A stretch of DNA of 61,366 nt, counting the filler, from Dugesia japonica (taxonomy: Eukaryota), in the NCBI GenBank assembly GCA_001938525.1. It is 6 parts of 6 records of this genome, joined end to end, with 100 filler letters (N's around TTAATTAATTAA, not from the genome) between each part and the next. Parts side by side here need not be neighbours in the genome. Positions count along the whole stretch, not along the records: positions 43,452 to 52,630 come from MQRL01646547.1; positions 52,731 to 61,366 come from MQRL01626388.1; 4 more parts are not named here. One strand, written 5' to 3'. The position numbers and the translations under genes were made by a program. Below the pieces are notes generated by a model. It saw nothing but the letters and a program-made list of their open reading frames with translations, was not told the DNA's origin and did no database searches. This document shows, piece by piece, positions 49,370 to 61,366 of the stretch; the stretch's first letter is position 1; every line of letters starts with the position of its first letter.

Positions 49370-49806
49370 TCATTAACAATAAAGTTAATTCTTCTTCTTT
49401 TCCAAATTATTCCTGTAGAAGTAATTGATTCTTTTATAGCCTTTTATCTCTACCCAGATCATCCATATTGATTCATCACCATATAAGTTTTCATCTCATT
49501 CTTTAAATTTGATAAAAACTGCTTCATCCATTTGAATATCCATGCTCAATCTTGGAAATAAAGCTTCATGAATATTCCTGTCTTTTTCGTGGATTCCAGA
49601 TATTAACAAACTATCATTTGATCTTTTAATCATAACCGGTTTCTAAAACAAAATTAAATTATAAAAAAGTAATAAAAAATTACTTTAAAGTCGTAAATAA
49701 TCTGTGTCCTCAGGAAATGAATTTTGTGGTTGAAAAAATCTGAAACCTTTACTTGTTCCAAGCTAATTGTTGAAACAATTTCTTTATTCATCATATTTTC
49801 TTGCAT
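49370..49806 (-). pseudogene. Cassette gene B, copy 3 (divergent)
   Basis: MQENMMNKEIVSTISLE...IIYDFK | 41-nt intron 49643-49683 | KPVMIKRS...SGIHEKDRNI...VEIKGY...TGIIWK. Confidence 0.78.
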
Positions 49807-50085
49807 TTTGAATTGTAAAAGTGATTAGTTTTTGCGAAAACCGCGGTTTATATACTCGCTACCATGCATAACTACTCGTTTTTTAAATTTCTATTAGTTG
49901 TTACCTGTTTTAAAGGAAATTATTGGTTGTTATTTTTTACGATGGTCATTAGTCGATATAAGTAAAATAATTCGTTATTTTTCTTTATAATTGATATGAT
50001 TTGTTAACGGATTTATATAAATATGACTTGCTTTTAAGGAAATTTCATTCTTTTTTCGAAAAAATCCCTGTTTACAAATTTATCA

Positions 50086-50602
50086 ATGAATGAACCAAGA
50101 GTTGAAAAGAAGGATGCTGAACAAGATGAAAAATTATGGAAGATTTCCGGAATGGAAAACTGTATGTTATTGAAGAAAATCAAATAATAGAAGAAATAAC
50201 AAAAGAAATCATCAATCATGAAGAACAAATGCCTGATGATGATAACTAAATGGAAGTGACTTGTGATTCCGAACATCAGGAACCGTTTGAAGATATTTTG
50301 GAGTTAAAGGATCATTTTTATGGTAAGAAATTTAATTTATATTAATTCATTTAATTTTGTTTTTTAGAACTAGTAACTCAAATAGTGAATGAGAATTTTC
50401 TAGAAATATAGAAGAATGTATTAATATGAATTCAGAACAATATTGGCGACATGTTTTACAAACAACAAGCATTGTTATTAATGAGCCTTTAGATGATTTC
50501 ATTTTAGAATAGGAATTGGAGTTTCTATCTAACAGAAATAAGACTCATTATGAGATCCTAAAGGCTTCAATACTTGCAGCAGCTGAAGAATATGAAAATT
50601 AG
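50086..50602 (+). pseudogene. Cassette gene C, copy 3
   Basis: Acidic exon 1, 45-nt intron 50323-50367, exon 2 ELVTQIVNENF...HVLQTTSI...THYEILKASIL. Confidence 0.72.
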
Positions 50603-51049
50603 TTGTATTGTTTTAATAATAAATGTTTTTTTGGAAATTTGTTTTGTTATAAATATTTTAATTATGTAAAAATTTTTTATAAGTTGTAAATAAAAAAATG
50701 TAAAAATATTAATTATTGCAATATGGATGCAACTGAGATGTAAGACANAAGCAACATACAATCACCCTAAATTATATGTCAAATAATTTTTAATAATTTT
50801 TAATCTCATAAAACCAATAAATATACTTGAAACTCATTTTGGCAACATAAAAACTGCATTCATGCAACACACAATCATTTTAGCTCATAGTTACCTTTGA
50901 CTACCTATAGACAGATTTTGATGGCCAACTTAAATATACCATCGAGTACCTAAAAATTGTCTATCCGACACCCGCCTGTTGAGATTTTCATTTTAAAACT
51001 ATACCTTTTATACACACACACAAACACCATCACCTACAAATACAAAACA

Positions 51050-51632
51050 TTTAAACCATCACATGTCCCCGTGTTCCCTTTCATTCGAACCAAAAATTAT
51101 CCAAATCCAACAAAGAATCGTAAGACTAGACTTTTAAAACCGAAATCCAATAATACGACACTGTAACCAAGAGAAGCATTTCTGAAAAACGTTTCCTATG
51201 ACATTAGATGTAGATTTACAAACTCTGCACCAAAATCTCATCATAACCTAAAATAAATTTTAAAAAAAGATAAAAAAATAATAAAAGATAGAAAAAAGAA
51301 AAAGAAGAAAAAAAGNNNNNNNNNNNNNNNNNNNNNNNNNNNNNNNNNNNNNNNNNNNNNNNNNNTTTAAACCATCACATGTCCCCGTGTTCCCTTTCAT
51401 TCGAACCAAAAATTATCCAAATCCAACAAAGAATCGTAACACTAGACTTTTAAAACCGAAATCCAATAATACGTCACTGTAACCAAGAGGAGCATTTCTG
51501 AAAAACGTTTCCTATGACATTAGATGTAGATTTACAAACTCTACACCAAAATCTTATCATAACCAAAAATAAATTTTAAAAAAAGATAAAAAAATAATAA
51601 AAGATAGAAAAAAGAAAAAGAAGAAAAAAAAG
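51050..51632. repeat. ~266-bp direct duplication flanking an N gap
   Basis: 51050-51315 and 51366-51632 differ by only a few substitutions. Confidence 0.85.
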
Positions 51633-51800
51633 TTTTATATTTGGCGCCAAAAAAAATTTCAAAAAAAAATAAATAAATAAAAAAATAAAAAAAAAATTTT
51701 AATTTTCAAATTTCTAGCAATTTCCCGCTAAATGTACTTACTAATTAAAACATAAAAATTGAAATTCCTGGTAACTAGACTTAATTTAAAAAAAATATAC

Positions 51801-52054
51801 GGTAAATAGATCAGCATGACCTCACCAATTTAATTGGCCAATTAAAACATCCTCTTTTCCCGCCCTCCTCGTCCTTCTAGACCTTCCCTCCCCTCTCTCC
51901 AGCACTCTAAACAAACTTCTAAAATCAATAATCAATCAGATCAAATATCAATAAATCCAATATAAAAAATCAATATATTGATCTGTGGCGAGAGGGATAG
52001 AGAATTAAATTGACAAATCAAATAGGTGGGGTCATGCTGATCTATCTACCTACT
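51801..52054. mobile_element. ~255-bp mini-element with Polinton-type TIRs
   Basis: GGTAAATAGATCAGCATGACCTCACCAATTT ... AAATAGGTGGGGTCATGCTGATCTATCTACCTACT. Confidence 0.65.
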
Positions 52055-52630
52055 ATATGTATATGCATGCATTATGGTAAGTTCCTTTAGGTAGTGCATA
52101 GGTAGCTTTTACTTTCTGGATAAACGATACTTTAAGGAAATCATTATTTTATTTANNNNNNNNNNNNNNNNNNNNNNNNNNNNNNNNNNNNNNNNNNNNN
52201 NNNNNNNNNNNNNNNNNNNNNNNNNNNNNNNNNNNNNNNNNNNNNNNNNNNNNNNNNNNNNNNNNNNNNNNNNNNNNNNNNNNNNNNNNNNNNNNNNNNN
52301 NNNNNNNNNNNNNNNNNNNNNNNNNNNNNNNNNNNNNNNNNNNNNNNNNNNNNNNNNNNNNNNNNNNNNNNNNNNNNNNNNNNNNNAGTTTTTTGATATT
52401 TTATTTCAAATGTTTGTAATTGCCATATTTAAAACTATTTCCAAAAAATTATAATTTTGAAATCATTATGAAAAGATATGTTATAATATTATTATTTAAT
52501 AATTTAATAATTATTTAAATAATTATTTAATAATTATTATTTAATAATTTAAGACAATAGAAAGTGATTAAATTGAATATTAAAATTTAATCAATTCTAA
52601 TCACTTATATATTTATCTTATCAAGTATGT

Positions 52631-52730
52631 NNNNNNNNNNNNNNNNNNNNNNNNNNNNNNNNNNNNNNNNNNNNTTAATTAATTAANNNNNNNNNNNNNN
52701 NNNNNNNNNNNNNNNNNNNNNNNNNNNNNN
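52631..52730. other. Artificial contig spacer
   Basis: N44-TTAATTAATTAA-N44. Confidence 0.95.
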
Positions 52731-53926
52731 ACATCAACAATCTATATGGATGGGCATTAAGTCAGAAATTGCCCTATGCTGATTTCTAATGGGTATATAC
52801 TGGATTAGATTCAGTTTTGGAAGAATGCAGAATAGGAGATCTCGAATCGTTATCATATGGATAAACATAAGAAGTAGATATGGTTATACCAGCAGAAATC
52901 CAAGATGAACTGATTGATTTACCTGTTGCAGCAGAACATCAAAGTGCTCCAGGTAGTTAGGTGATAAAATTAATGCTGACTCATTACCCTAAAAGAAATT
53001 ATGTCATACATTGGAGATTGCTGCAAATTTATTGCAATTGGGTGTAAAAATAACAAAGGTACATAGAGGTGTAAAGCTCAGCCAGGCATCTTTTTTCAAA
53101 CAATATATAGATGTTAAGACTAAATTAAGATCAGAGTGTAAATCAGAGTTGGAGAAGAATTATTATAGGCTTTTAAATAATAGCCTGTATGGTAAAACAG
53201 TTGAAAATTTAAAGAAAAGAATGAATTTAAGATTGTGTAATTCAGCTCAAAAATTGATGACATATACATCAAAAGCTGGATACAACCAAAATTGATGATG
53301 ATCTAATAGCTGTTTGGTTGAACAAAGAAATTGTTTGTTTGAATAGACGAGCTACATCGGACAACCTGTACTTTACTTAAGCAAGCTAAGAATGTACCAA
53401 TTGCAGTACATTGAGCTTGAAAAGTACAGAAAAGAAGAAACTTGTGAGATAAATATTGTAGCCGGTGATACGGATAGCTTTTTCTTGGAGATTAAGAACA
53501 TAAAAGTGGAAAAACTAACCGGATTAATGAAGAAGTACCAGCTATTGGACACATCCAGTTACAACACAACCCATCTCTTTTACAGAAACAATTTAAATTC
53601 AGTAATTGGAAAGTTCAAGGATGAGAGTAAAGGGAAGAAATATCAAGAATGGATATTTTTGAGACTAAAGTGTTATAGCCTATTTAGCTATAGAATCAAT
53701 GAAAGCTAAGGGCATAACATTAAAAGGTACTGACATTTGTCATCAGTCATACCTTGATTGTTATAATAATAATGAAACGGTTTAAGTAGAGCAATTTCGA
53801 ATAACATAAAAAAATCATCAGCTCTACAGTATTAAGAATAAAAAGATAGTTCTTTCCAATAGTAATGATAAGCGAGTATGGATATGGAAAAATGTAAGTT
53901 TACCATATAGGCATTACATATTGTAA
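52731..53926 (+). pseudogene. Protein-primed DNA polymerase B, polymerase domain (type 2)
   Basis: INNLYGWALSQKLP, NYVIHW, RLLNNSLYGKTVEN, AGDTDS, VIGKFKDE, LRLKCYS, NDKR. Confidence 0.92.
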
Positions 53927-54424
53927 TACTTTTCCTCAATCAAGATCAAATCAACTCAATCACGCTCAATCCAATCTACCTCAAAGTATGACTTTATTTT
54001 ATATTAGATAATACATTAAATTTTCATATTTAGGAAAAAGAAGAAAATTGTATATATGTGAACGTGTAACGGTTCTCTTTAGGACCACAAATATTGATTG
54101 AGATTATAAAAGTCCTCATTAGAGCTCAAAATTATAAGTTCGATAAAGAAATTTAAACAAAGAACATGCAATACAGATGCAATTCAAGAAAAACTATGAG
54201 TCATACTTGTGCAACTTAAATGCAAGTTAAACAAAGATATTGCAACACGAGTGCAACTAGAAAAAAGAGCAGGAGTAATACTTGTGCAATATGAATACAA
54301 TTTAATCAAAGACAATGCAACATGAATGCAAGTATACAATGAGGATGAGTAATTTAGGTGCGCTCTAAGAATGCAAGTTAAACAAAGAATATAAACAAAA
54401 TCATCATTTTTCGTTTTATCAACA

Positions 54425-55039
54425 ATGAATTTAGATAAAGTTATAGATGATATGGTTGAATATATTGATATAAATTATACTCATGAAAATAAAAAAAATG
54501 TTGTAGAATTGAATGAAGAAGAATGTACTTCATTGATATAAGTGGAGAAGGAAACATTTGTTGAAGTTATAGGTAAGATATTTTTATTAATTTATTATTT
54601 AAATAATGAATAACTTAGAAAATATTCAAGGGGATGTTGAAATGATAGTCGATGTACAAACAGTCGAAGATCTATCAAAGATGGAAGAAGGAATAATGAT
54701 TAATAAATGCACAGACCTTTTAGAAAAATCAACCGATATATTTGATAAAGGTTTCATTTAATTTAAATTAAATTATATAAATTATTTTCTAGAGTTGTTC
54801 ATCGAATTACTTGAAACTAATTTTCCAAAACTAAAAAATAAATACTATTCTGCGCACCAGAATTGTTATGGTTTAAAATTAAACATATGACTGGAGTTGA
54901 TATCAAAAATGTTATGAACATATTCAACGAATACTATAAAGAAGATATTGATTGTGAATATTTTTCTGGAAAGAAAAAAGATTTGAAAAGAAAATTTATC
55001 GACTCTATCTATCCTGAGTCTAATAAAAGACAATGTTAA
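54425..55039 (+). pseudogene. Cassette gene C, distant homologue with two introns
   Basis: Introns 54573-54618 and 54751-54792. The last exon ELFIELLETNFPK...HMTGVDIKNVMNIF starts at the same phase-1 junction as the other copies. Confidence 0.62.
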
Positions 55040-55147
55040 TAAATTTATGTTAATTAATTTAGTTTATTATTAAATAAATGTTAATTTAAATTTAAATTTA
55101 TTTATTCTTCATTACTGTATTAAATACTTTTTTGGAGATAAATAAAA

Positions 55148-55270
55148 TTAAGTCTTGCTCGGAGAATTTTAATATTAAGTCTGCCTGGAGAATTTTAATA
55201 TTAAGTTTACCCGGAGAATTTTAGTATTAAGTCTGCCCGGAGAAATTTAATAATAATTCTGCCCGGATAA
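55148..55270. repeat. 26-bp tandem repeat (~5 units)
   Basis: Unit TTAAGTCTGCCCGGAGAATTTTAATA. Confidence 0.85.
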
Positions 55271-55324
55271 TAGTTGACATTGACCTAATAAAGATTGTCA
55301 TCAAAATGTTCTTGACCTACATTA

Positions 55325-55733
55325 ATTCGACCTTCAAATATTCCCTCAATCAGAACTGATTATACTAAATCAATCTGACCTTGAAAATTCGACCGTGAAT
55401 CATTGCAACCAATCTAAATCGACTNTACTAAATCACTTTGACCTTGAACATTCAACCTTGAAATTTTTCACCAATCAGAATCAAGTATAATAGATCACAA
55501 AATTTGACCTTGAATTTTCAGCCAATCAAAATCGAGTATACTAGATCACTGACCTTGAAAATTCGACCTTGGATGTTTTAAACCAATCAGAATTGAGTAT
55601 ACTAGATCATTGACCTTGAAAATGTGAACTTGAATTATTTTAGCTAATCAGAATCGAGTATACTAGATCACTGAACTTGAAAACATTTTCTTCTGGGGGG
55701 GGGGGTGACCCAGTGCGCCACTATCTATCTACT
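55325..55733. repeat. ~60-bp subterminal tandem array and Polinton terminus
   Basis: About 6 units of TGACCTTGAA...CCAATCAGAATCGAGTATACTAGATCAC, then a G-tract and CCAGTGCGCCACTATCTATCTACT. Confidence 0.8.
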
Positions 55734-57973
55734 AACATTCTGGATAGATCATGTAGTGCCAAAAATTCAAAAATTAGTGAATCTAAATGNNNNNNNNNNN
55801 NNNNNNNNNNNNNNNNNNNNNNNNNNNNNNNNNNNNNNNCTTATTTATAACCAATTAATCTGATATAATTGATTTTCTTGTGCTAGGAAATATATGTGAA
55901 AATATTACGAGTTGTATTTAAAAATGGTAACTGTTAATAATGCGGCCAATATTTATCAGTGATAAGTTAGATCGCTACTTACTATTGAAACTGTTCTTTC
56001 AGAGAAATTTTTTTATGGTAATTTGTTTCATAGAAGTTAACAGTGATAATATAGATGTCTCAAATTTCATAGATATCAAAACATAGGAATTGTATGTGTG
56101 TGTGTTCATAAATTATAATTAAATGCACCATAAATAATTTTTAAATAATTTTAACTACTTATAATTTTTAAGTAGTTAATTTATTCATTTTTTATTCATG
56201 TTTAAAGTTTAAATGACGAATTTCTCGCTACCTATTAGTCAAAATGATTTAAAAACATGACCGTTGTATTTTTCATCTCATTACTATTCTAATGAAATAA
56301 CGTTTGATACATTTTCATTAAAAATGGTACCAAAAACTCATTTTTTAAATATTTTTAAAGTCATTTGTTCATTTTTATAAGATTATCTCGTAAAGTATGC
56401 ATTTTTTCATACGTATCATTAAGACAATATATAAGTAGATTATAATTTTCTTTCTGACAGTATCAAGTTCAAGTCTAGATGACAAAAATTGGAGTCTAAA
56501 CGCGATTTTTAAACATTAACATTTTAAATCTTTAATAACTCAACACCAAATACGTCAGATTGAAATTCCAAGATAGCAGATATGTTTATCAAGCTTTTAC
56601 AAGGCCAACAGTATCAAGTTTGTTATCAAATCATGTATGTACGTGATTTAATCTTGATTTTAAAAGTGATGATTTTACGTGGTTTAGTGCTGACATGTCT
56701 CACTACTCTATTGTTCTTCATTTTTCGATATAAAGGAAGCATTTTTCGCTATAAGTTCTTTAGATGATGCATAGATGGTTTTTGATTTTCATCCAGATTA
56801 TGGCTATTTCAACTCAAAAAATTGGAACTGCCAACCGTAGGACCAAATATTTTGTTTTATTGATATATCTGTTAGTAAAACCATTGTATTTACATATTTA
56901 TACGTGAAATATGTTCTCCTTTAAATTTACTATCATTTGGTATCAAATTACTAATGAGTGTAAATGAAAAATTATGACAGAGAATGATTTTTTAAAATTT
57001 TTAAATTTTAAATCTTTAATATCTTTTTACCCTTAACTTCAACTAAAATTAAAACAACACTAGTGTGTTTATAATCTCATTACGCATCCAACAATATCAT
57101 TTAAAATGGACTTTGACCTATAAATTCAATATGTACGTTTATCCGCCATTTTATGGGAACGAGTCATTTTCATAAATTTTGTATGGATGCATTCCTATCT
57201 TACTTTTTAATTTTCTATCTAACCATATATTTTGATCCTTATCGGTCGTCATCAAAAGTGGTGGTTTAGCTCTGACATACTTTTTGCATCTAACGGGATC
57301 ATTTTTCGATACAAGTACTTTAGGTGATGTATAGGTAGTTTTTAACTTTAGGAAGACCTATAAAAATTTCGAGTCGATATCTTTCAAAATAGCGGCGATT
57401 TAATCTTGAATAATGTTTTAGGGACCTGTCCGATAAGGAATTTGAATGCATAACATTGCGCGGCTTAATTTTGCGCATCTAATGATACTACAATTGTGAC
57501 TGTCCGTTAAGAACTATTAATAATACAATAAGAAAATGGCTGAACTTTAAAAAAAAATCCCAAAAAAAATTGTCTTTAAAATGAAAAAGAAATTTTACTG
57601 TCAGGGGGCGTGTTAAAAATCTAAAAGTACAAAAGGGGTTTAAAAAATATAAAAGTACAAAAGTGGTTTAGAAAATATAAAAGTACAAGTATTTTAATAA
57701 AATTCGATGACCTTGTAAAAAAAATTTGATGACCTTGAACCAAAGAAAAAAATTTGAATGACCTTGAAAATTTTTCGATGACCTTCAAAAATTTCTCAAA
57801 AAAATTCTTAACGGAGGGGGAGGGTGGTTTAGTGCTGACGTGGTTTAGTTCCGACATGTCTTATTTCTATTGAGAGAATAATTGTTGGACATAACCATTG
57901 ATCGTTTTATAGAATTCATTTTATATAAAAGCTTTGATCAAAATTTTGATTTTTTCTATTGATATTGGATAAC

Positions 57974-58008
57974 AGTTCGATATTTCGACCTTGTCTTCGT
58001 CAGGAATT
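57974..58008 (-). ncRNA. Minimal type I hammerhead ribozyme motif
   Basis: AAUUC-CUGACGA-A-GAC(AAG)GUC-GAAA-UA-UC|GAACU. Core intact, one mismatch in stem I. Confidence 0.7.
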
Positions 58009-58329
58009 GACTTTTTTAATTTATTCAAGATTTATGTTTATAATAGTATTCATTTTTGGAATAATTTATTTTTATTACATTTTAATTGGTTAATTTTAAT
58101 TCTTAATTTATATTTAATTATTTAATTTAATTATTGTAAAATATATTTATTTTAGGATTGTTTTCTTTGATTAGTATTTCTTTACGTTTTTTCTATGTAG
58201 TGTAGAAATGTAGCTTGTTCCTAGTGTTTTCCATGTTGTTCTGGTAAAATTTTATGTTTGTGTTGAAAGTGTTTGAAAACTTCAATTTGTTTTGTTTCAA
58301 ATGTTCCTAAACTCTTGTTCTGACAAAAT

Positions 58330-58908
58330 ATCGTGTCAGACCGTAGTTAAGTATTTGAAGGGAAATTATTACAAAATTTAGCTATTAAGCTTAATATTTC
58401 ATGGATCTTTACGTCTCCATATGAACATAAATCTAATGAATTTGCTGAATGAGCAATCAAAACAGTTTGAGACCTGATAGTGACTTCAATAAAATCGAGA
58501 GAGGAGGAAAAATCTTGGGATGAGATTCTTTCCAGAGTAGAGTTTGCATTGAATTGCACTGTATCAAAGTCAACGGGATTCTCACCAATGGAAATCATTT
58601 ATAGGATGAAGATAAATATTCACACAAATAAGGAACACAACTTTAGAGAGGACAAAATTATAAATAAAGCTTACGATAATATTAAACGAGCATCGCAGAC
58701 AATGATAAATCAAGGAAAAAACCATGTTAGTCGCAAATTTGAAGTAGGTGAAGACATGGTAGTAAGAAAAGACCCTCAGAAACGGAAGAAGAATGATTTA
58801 CTCTATGAAGGTCAATATAAAATTAATGAATTTCTAACACTTCACCAAGTCCAGTTAGAAACTCCACAAGGTTCCAGATTTAGGAGAATCAAATGGTTAA
58901 AGAGGGGA
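58330..58908 (+). mobile_element. gypsy integrase C-terminus with polypurine tract
   Basis: SWDEILSRVEFALNCTVSKSTGFSPMEII, FEVGEDMVV, YEGQYKI, followed by AAAGAGGGGAG. Confidence 0.85.
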
Positions 58909-59034
58909 GTAGTTGAATATTTAAAAAAACTGAATATTTGTTTAAATATTGTTTTTTAAGATTCAGTTATATTTTGAACTTAGTNNNNNNNNNNNNNNNN
59001 NNNNNNNNNNNNNNNNNNNNNNNNNNNNNNNNNN

Positions 59035-59250
59035 AAATGGTGCATGTTATTTTATAAGTGACATTTTTCTTATTGCATATATTTTTACCATCACAAATGC
59101 ATTTGGAATCACAAAAATTTTGTCTTGGTTTCTGTAATTGGATGCCCAAAGGTGCTTTCGTTTGGAAAATAATTCTTGGATTATGTTTGAGTTTAGCATT
59201 TTTTTATTATATTCTGCATGATTTGGCTACATTTCTCATTAATAAAATGT
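59035..59250 (-). pseudogene. Penelope-like GIY-YIG N-terminal fragment
   Basis: CDSKCICDGKNICNKKNVTYKITC: a Cys-rich linker plus an NVxYKITC motif. Confidence 0.65.
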
Positions 59251-59639
59251 AATTTAATAACTGTGTTTGTTTTNNNNNNNNNNNNNNNNNNNNNNNNNNN
59301 NNNNNNNNNNNNNNNNNNNNNNNNNNNNNNNNNNNNNNNNNNNNNNNNNNNNNNNNNNNNNNNNNNNNNNNNNNNNNNNNNNNNNNNNNNNNNNNNNNNN
59401 NNNNNNNNNNNNNNNNNNNNNNNNNNNNNNNNNNNNNNNNNNNNNNNNNNNNNNNNCAAGGTAATATATGTACACTGTGAAATGGTTTCATATATAATTG
59501 GGTAGTTAATATTCTCATATCAACATTTCATAATAGACTATTCATATAAAATACTTTGTCTCTGAAATTCAAAAATAACAATATATTTTCTGAATAAAGA
59601 AAAACGATATAAAAATGGGAAATCCCAAAATTTCACCAA

Positions 59640-60500
59640 AAAACTATTCCTTATTACTGAAATGCCAGTCAATGCCATCAAGTGTTGAAAGAAGCTTTTT
59701 GATGCCCAATAAATTGCTAGCTAAATTTCCAAAACCTTTGCCCTCAAAATTTGGAATTTGTTATCGGATCAAGGTTTAATTAAAAATAATATTTTATACT
59801 TTTATGTTATATTTGGTAATAAATTATGATCANTTAATTTATTTTAGAACGATAAATAAAATTCCTATTAAGAATTTAAAATTGAATTGTTGGGAAATTT
59901 TTAAAACTTTGACTTGAAAGATATCTTTAGTCAGAAACATTATTGCGCAAGTTATTTGAATGCACTGGCTGCTCAATTGTTTTTCAACAACTTCATAAAA
60001 ATCGAAAAATTGATCCAATTCGAATAATATGTGCACGCGTATTATACGCGAAAAAACGGTAGTTAATGCAGAAAAAATAAGGATAAACACTAAATAAAAT
60101 AGATATTTTTATCTTATCCAGAGTAAAAACATGTCAAATAATGAAGCAAAACAATGTTAAAGTGACGATAATGTAATCATTCACAGGTTAAAGTAAGGGT
60201 GTCCAACCCACGACACAACACACCTTATAGGCTTGATGATTAAAACTCAGTGACCATTGATGTTATTTCGTTTTCTAATGAAATGCATAGAATTAAACTT
60301 TGACATTGAACTTAAAGAAAAATTTAACCGTGTCTTTTTAATGAATTTTCATAAGATTATCTTCAAAAAAAACCATATCATTCACGATCATACATAATTC
60401 ATGTCATCGTTGAATGAAGTATATAAAGAGTAAAATTAGAAAAAACCAAACAATCTTATAAACATCTTGAAATCTCATTAAGAATTATAACCTTGTCAAA
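59640..60500 (+). mobile_element. hAT transposase C-terminal remnants (two pieces)
   Basis: LKCQSMPSSVERSF at ~59657-59700. IELNFDIELKEKF...FMSSL...HLEISLRI at ~60287-60490. Confidence 0.5.
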
Positions 60501-61292
60501 AATGGTGTCAGCTTTGGTGTCTAAAAAATTATGTCAAACATCTCACAAATTTCATTTAAATTCCTGAGTTTAGGGCTTCTCGAATGAGGTCTATTGAAGC
60601 GTATGTCGTCATGTTAGTTACAGATAAATTTTCTGAAAATTCAATAAAATTTTATTTATGAAACGAAATTTCAAATCTTCAAATCCTTTTTTAAATACTG
60701 AACAACTTAAACAACGTTTTTAAATATTTTAAAGAATTCTTTAAATCTTTTTATAATATTTTCGTCTTCAATTTCAAAATTTTAATCCTTAAACTCAACA
60801 TGTACATTAAAAATTAAAATAAAGTTAATATTAATTTAATAATTCATAATTGACGATTTAAATTTTAAAAATCTTTCAAATTTAAATTAAAACCTCCATC
60901 CAGTATTTAAAAAAAATTATTTTAAAACTCAATATTTTTANAAAACAGCTAAAAATGAAACTTACTTCAATATATTTCAGCTTATCGTTATGAATTTAGT
61001 TTCAGTTTATTAAAAATTAATCCATTAAAAACATTCAACTATCTAAATCTTTTTAGCTTTTTTTCTCTGGCCGTATATTTATTTTTATGCTCAATAATAA
61101 TTCATCATATTTCAAGAAAATAAATAATTGGTGAAACCGACTGGATTTCTATTTGTCAAATCATGAACAAATAACATTTGGTTATTAAATTTATAAATTA
61201 AAAAAAATCTAAAAATTAAATTATTGGTAAAGATACTAAATTATGGTTTTGTTAACAACTATTTTTCAATTAATTTTCGTATTATTTTCTTT

Positions 61293-61314
61293 TAATAATA
61301 ATGATAATAATAAC

Positions 61315-61366
<52 letters not shown>
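61293..61366. repeat. (AAT)n microsatellite
   Basis: Direct reading of the sequence. Confidence 0.95.

Noticed and set aside
51050-51632. Biological tandem duplication
   Set aside because: The copies sit exactly either side of an N gap, so uncollapsed overlap or haplotypes is more likely.
55148-55690. Regularly spaced repeats resembling a CRISPR array
   Set aside because: Units are head-to-tail with no unique spacers, the context is eukaryotic, and no cas genes are present.
61293-61366. Telomeric repeat
   Set aside because: A simple (AAT)n microsatellite at the window edge, not a G-rich telomere motif.

Overview
AT-rich eukaryotic DNA with short (~40-45 nt) GT-AG introns; the organism cannot be identified from the sequence. 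Five identical 100-nt spacers (N44-TTAATTAATTAA-N44) split the window into six concatenated contigs (1-11306, 11407-21150, 21251-30117, 30218-43351, 43452-52630, 52731-61366), so no linkage can be inferred across spacers. Host genes are scarce: two exons of a GMC oxidoreductase and one orphan secreted-protein exon. Most of the window is decayed mobile DNA: Polinton/Maverick (adintovirus-like) copies (packaging ATPase, rve integrase-chromodomain, penton, small virion proteins, two types of pPolB, several ...CTATCTACCTACT termini), gypsy, mariner, pogo, MULE and hAT remnants, and Penelope-like fragments carrying hammerhead ribozymes. The main observation is that this Polinton lineage encodes a TATA-binding-protein (TBP)-like gene. 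It appears at four loci, twice head-to-head with the packaging ATPase. It is linked to a recurring cassette of three small orphan genes (A, B, C) that have conserved spliceosomal introns and a conserved bidirectional TATA/Inr promoter. All translations were done by hand across stops and frameshifts, so boundaries are approximate and no database search was run.
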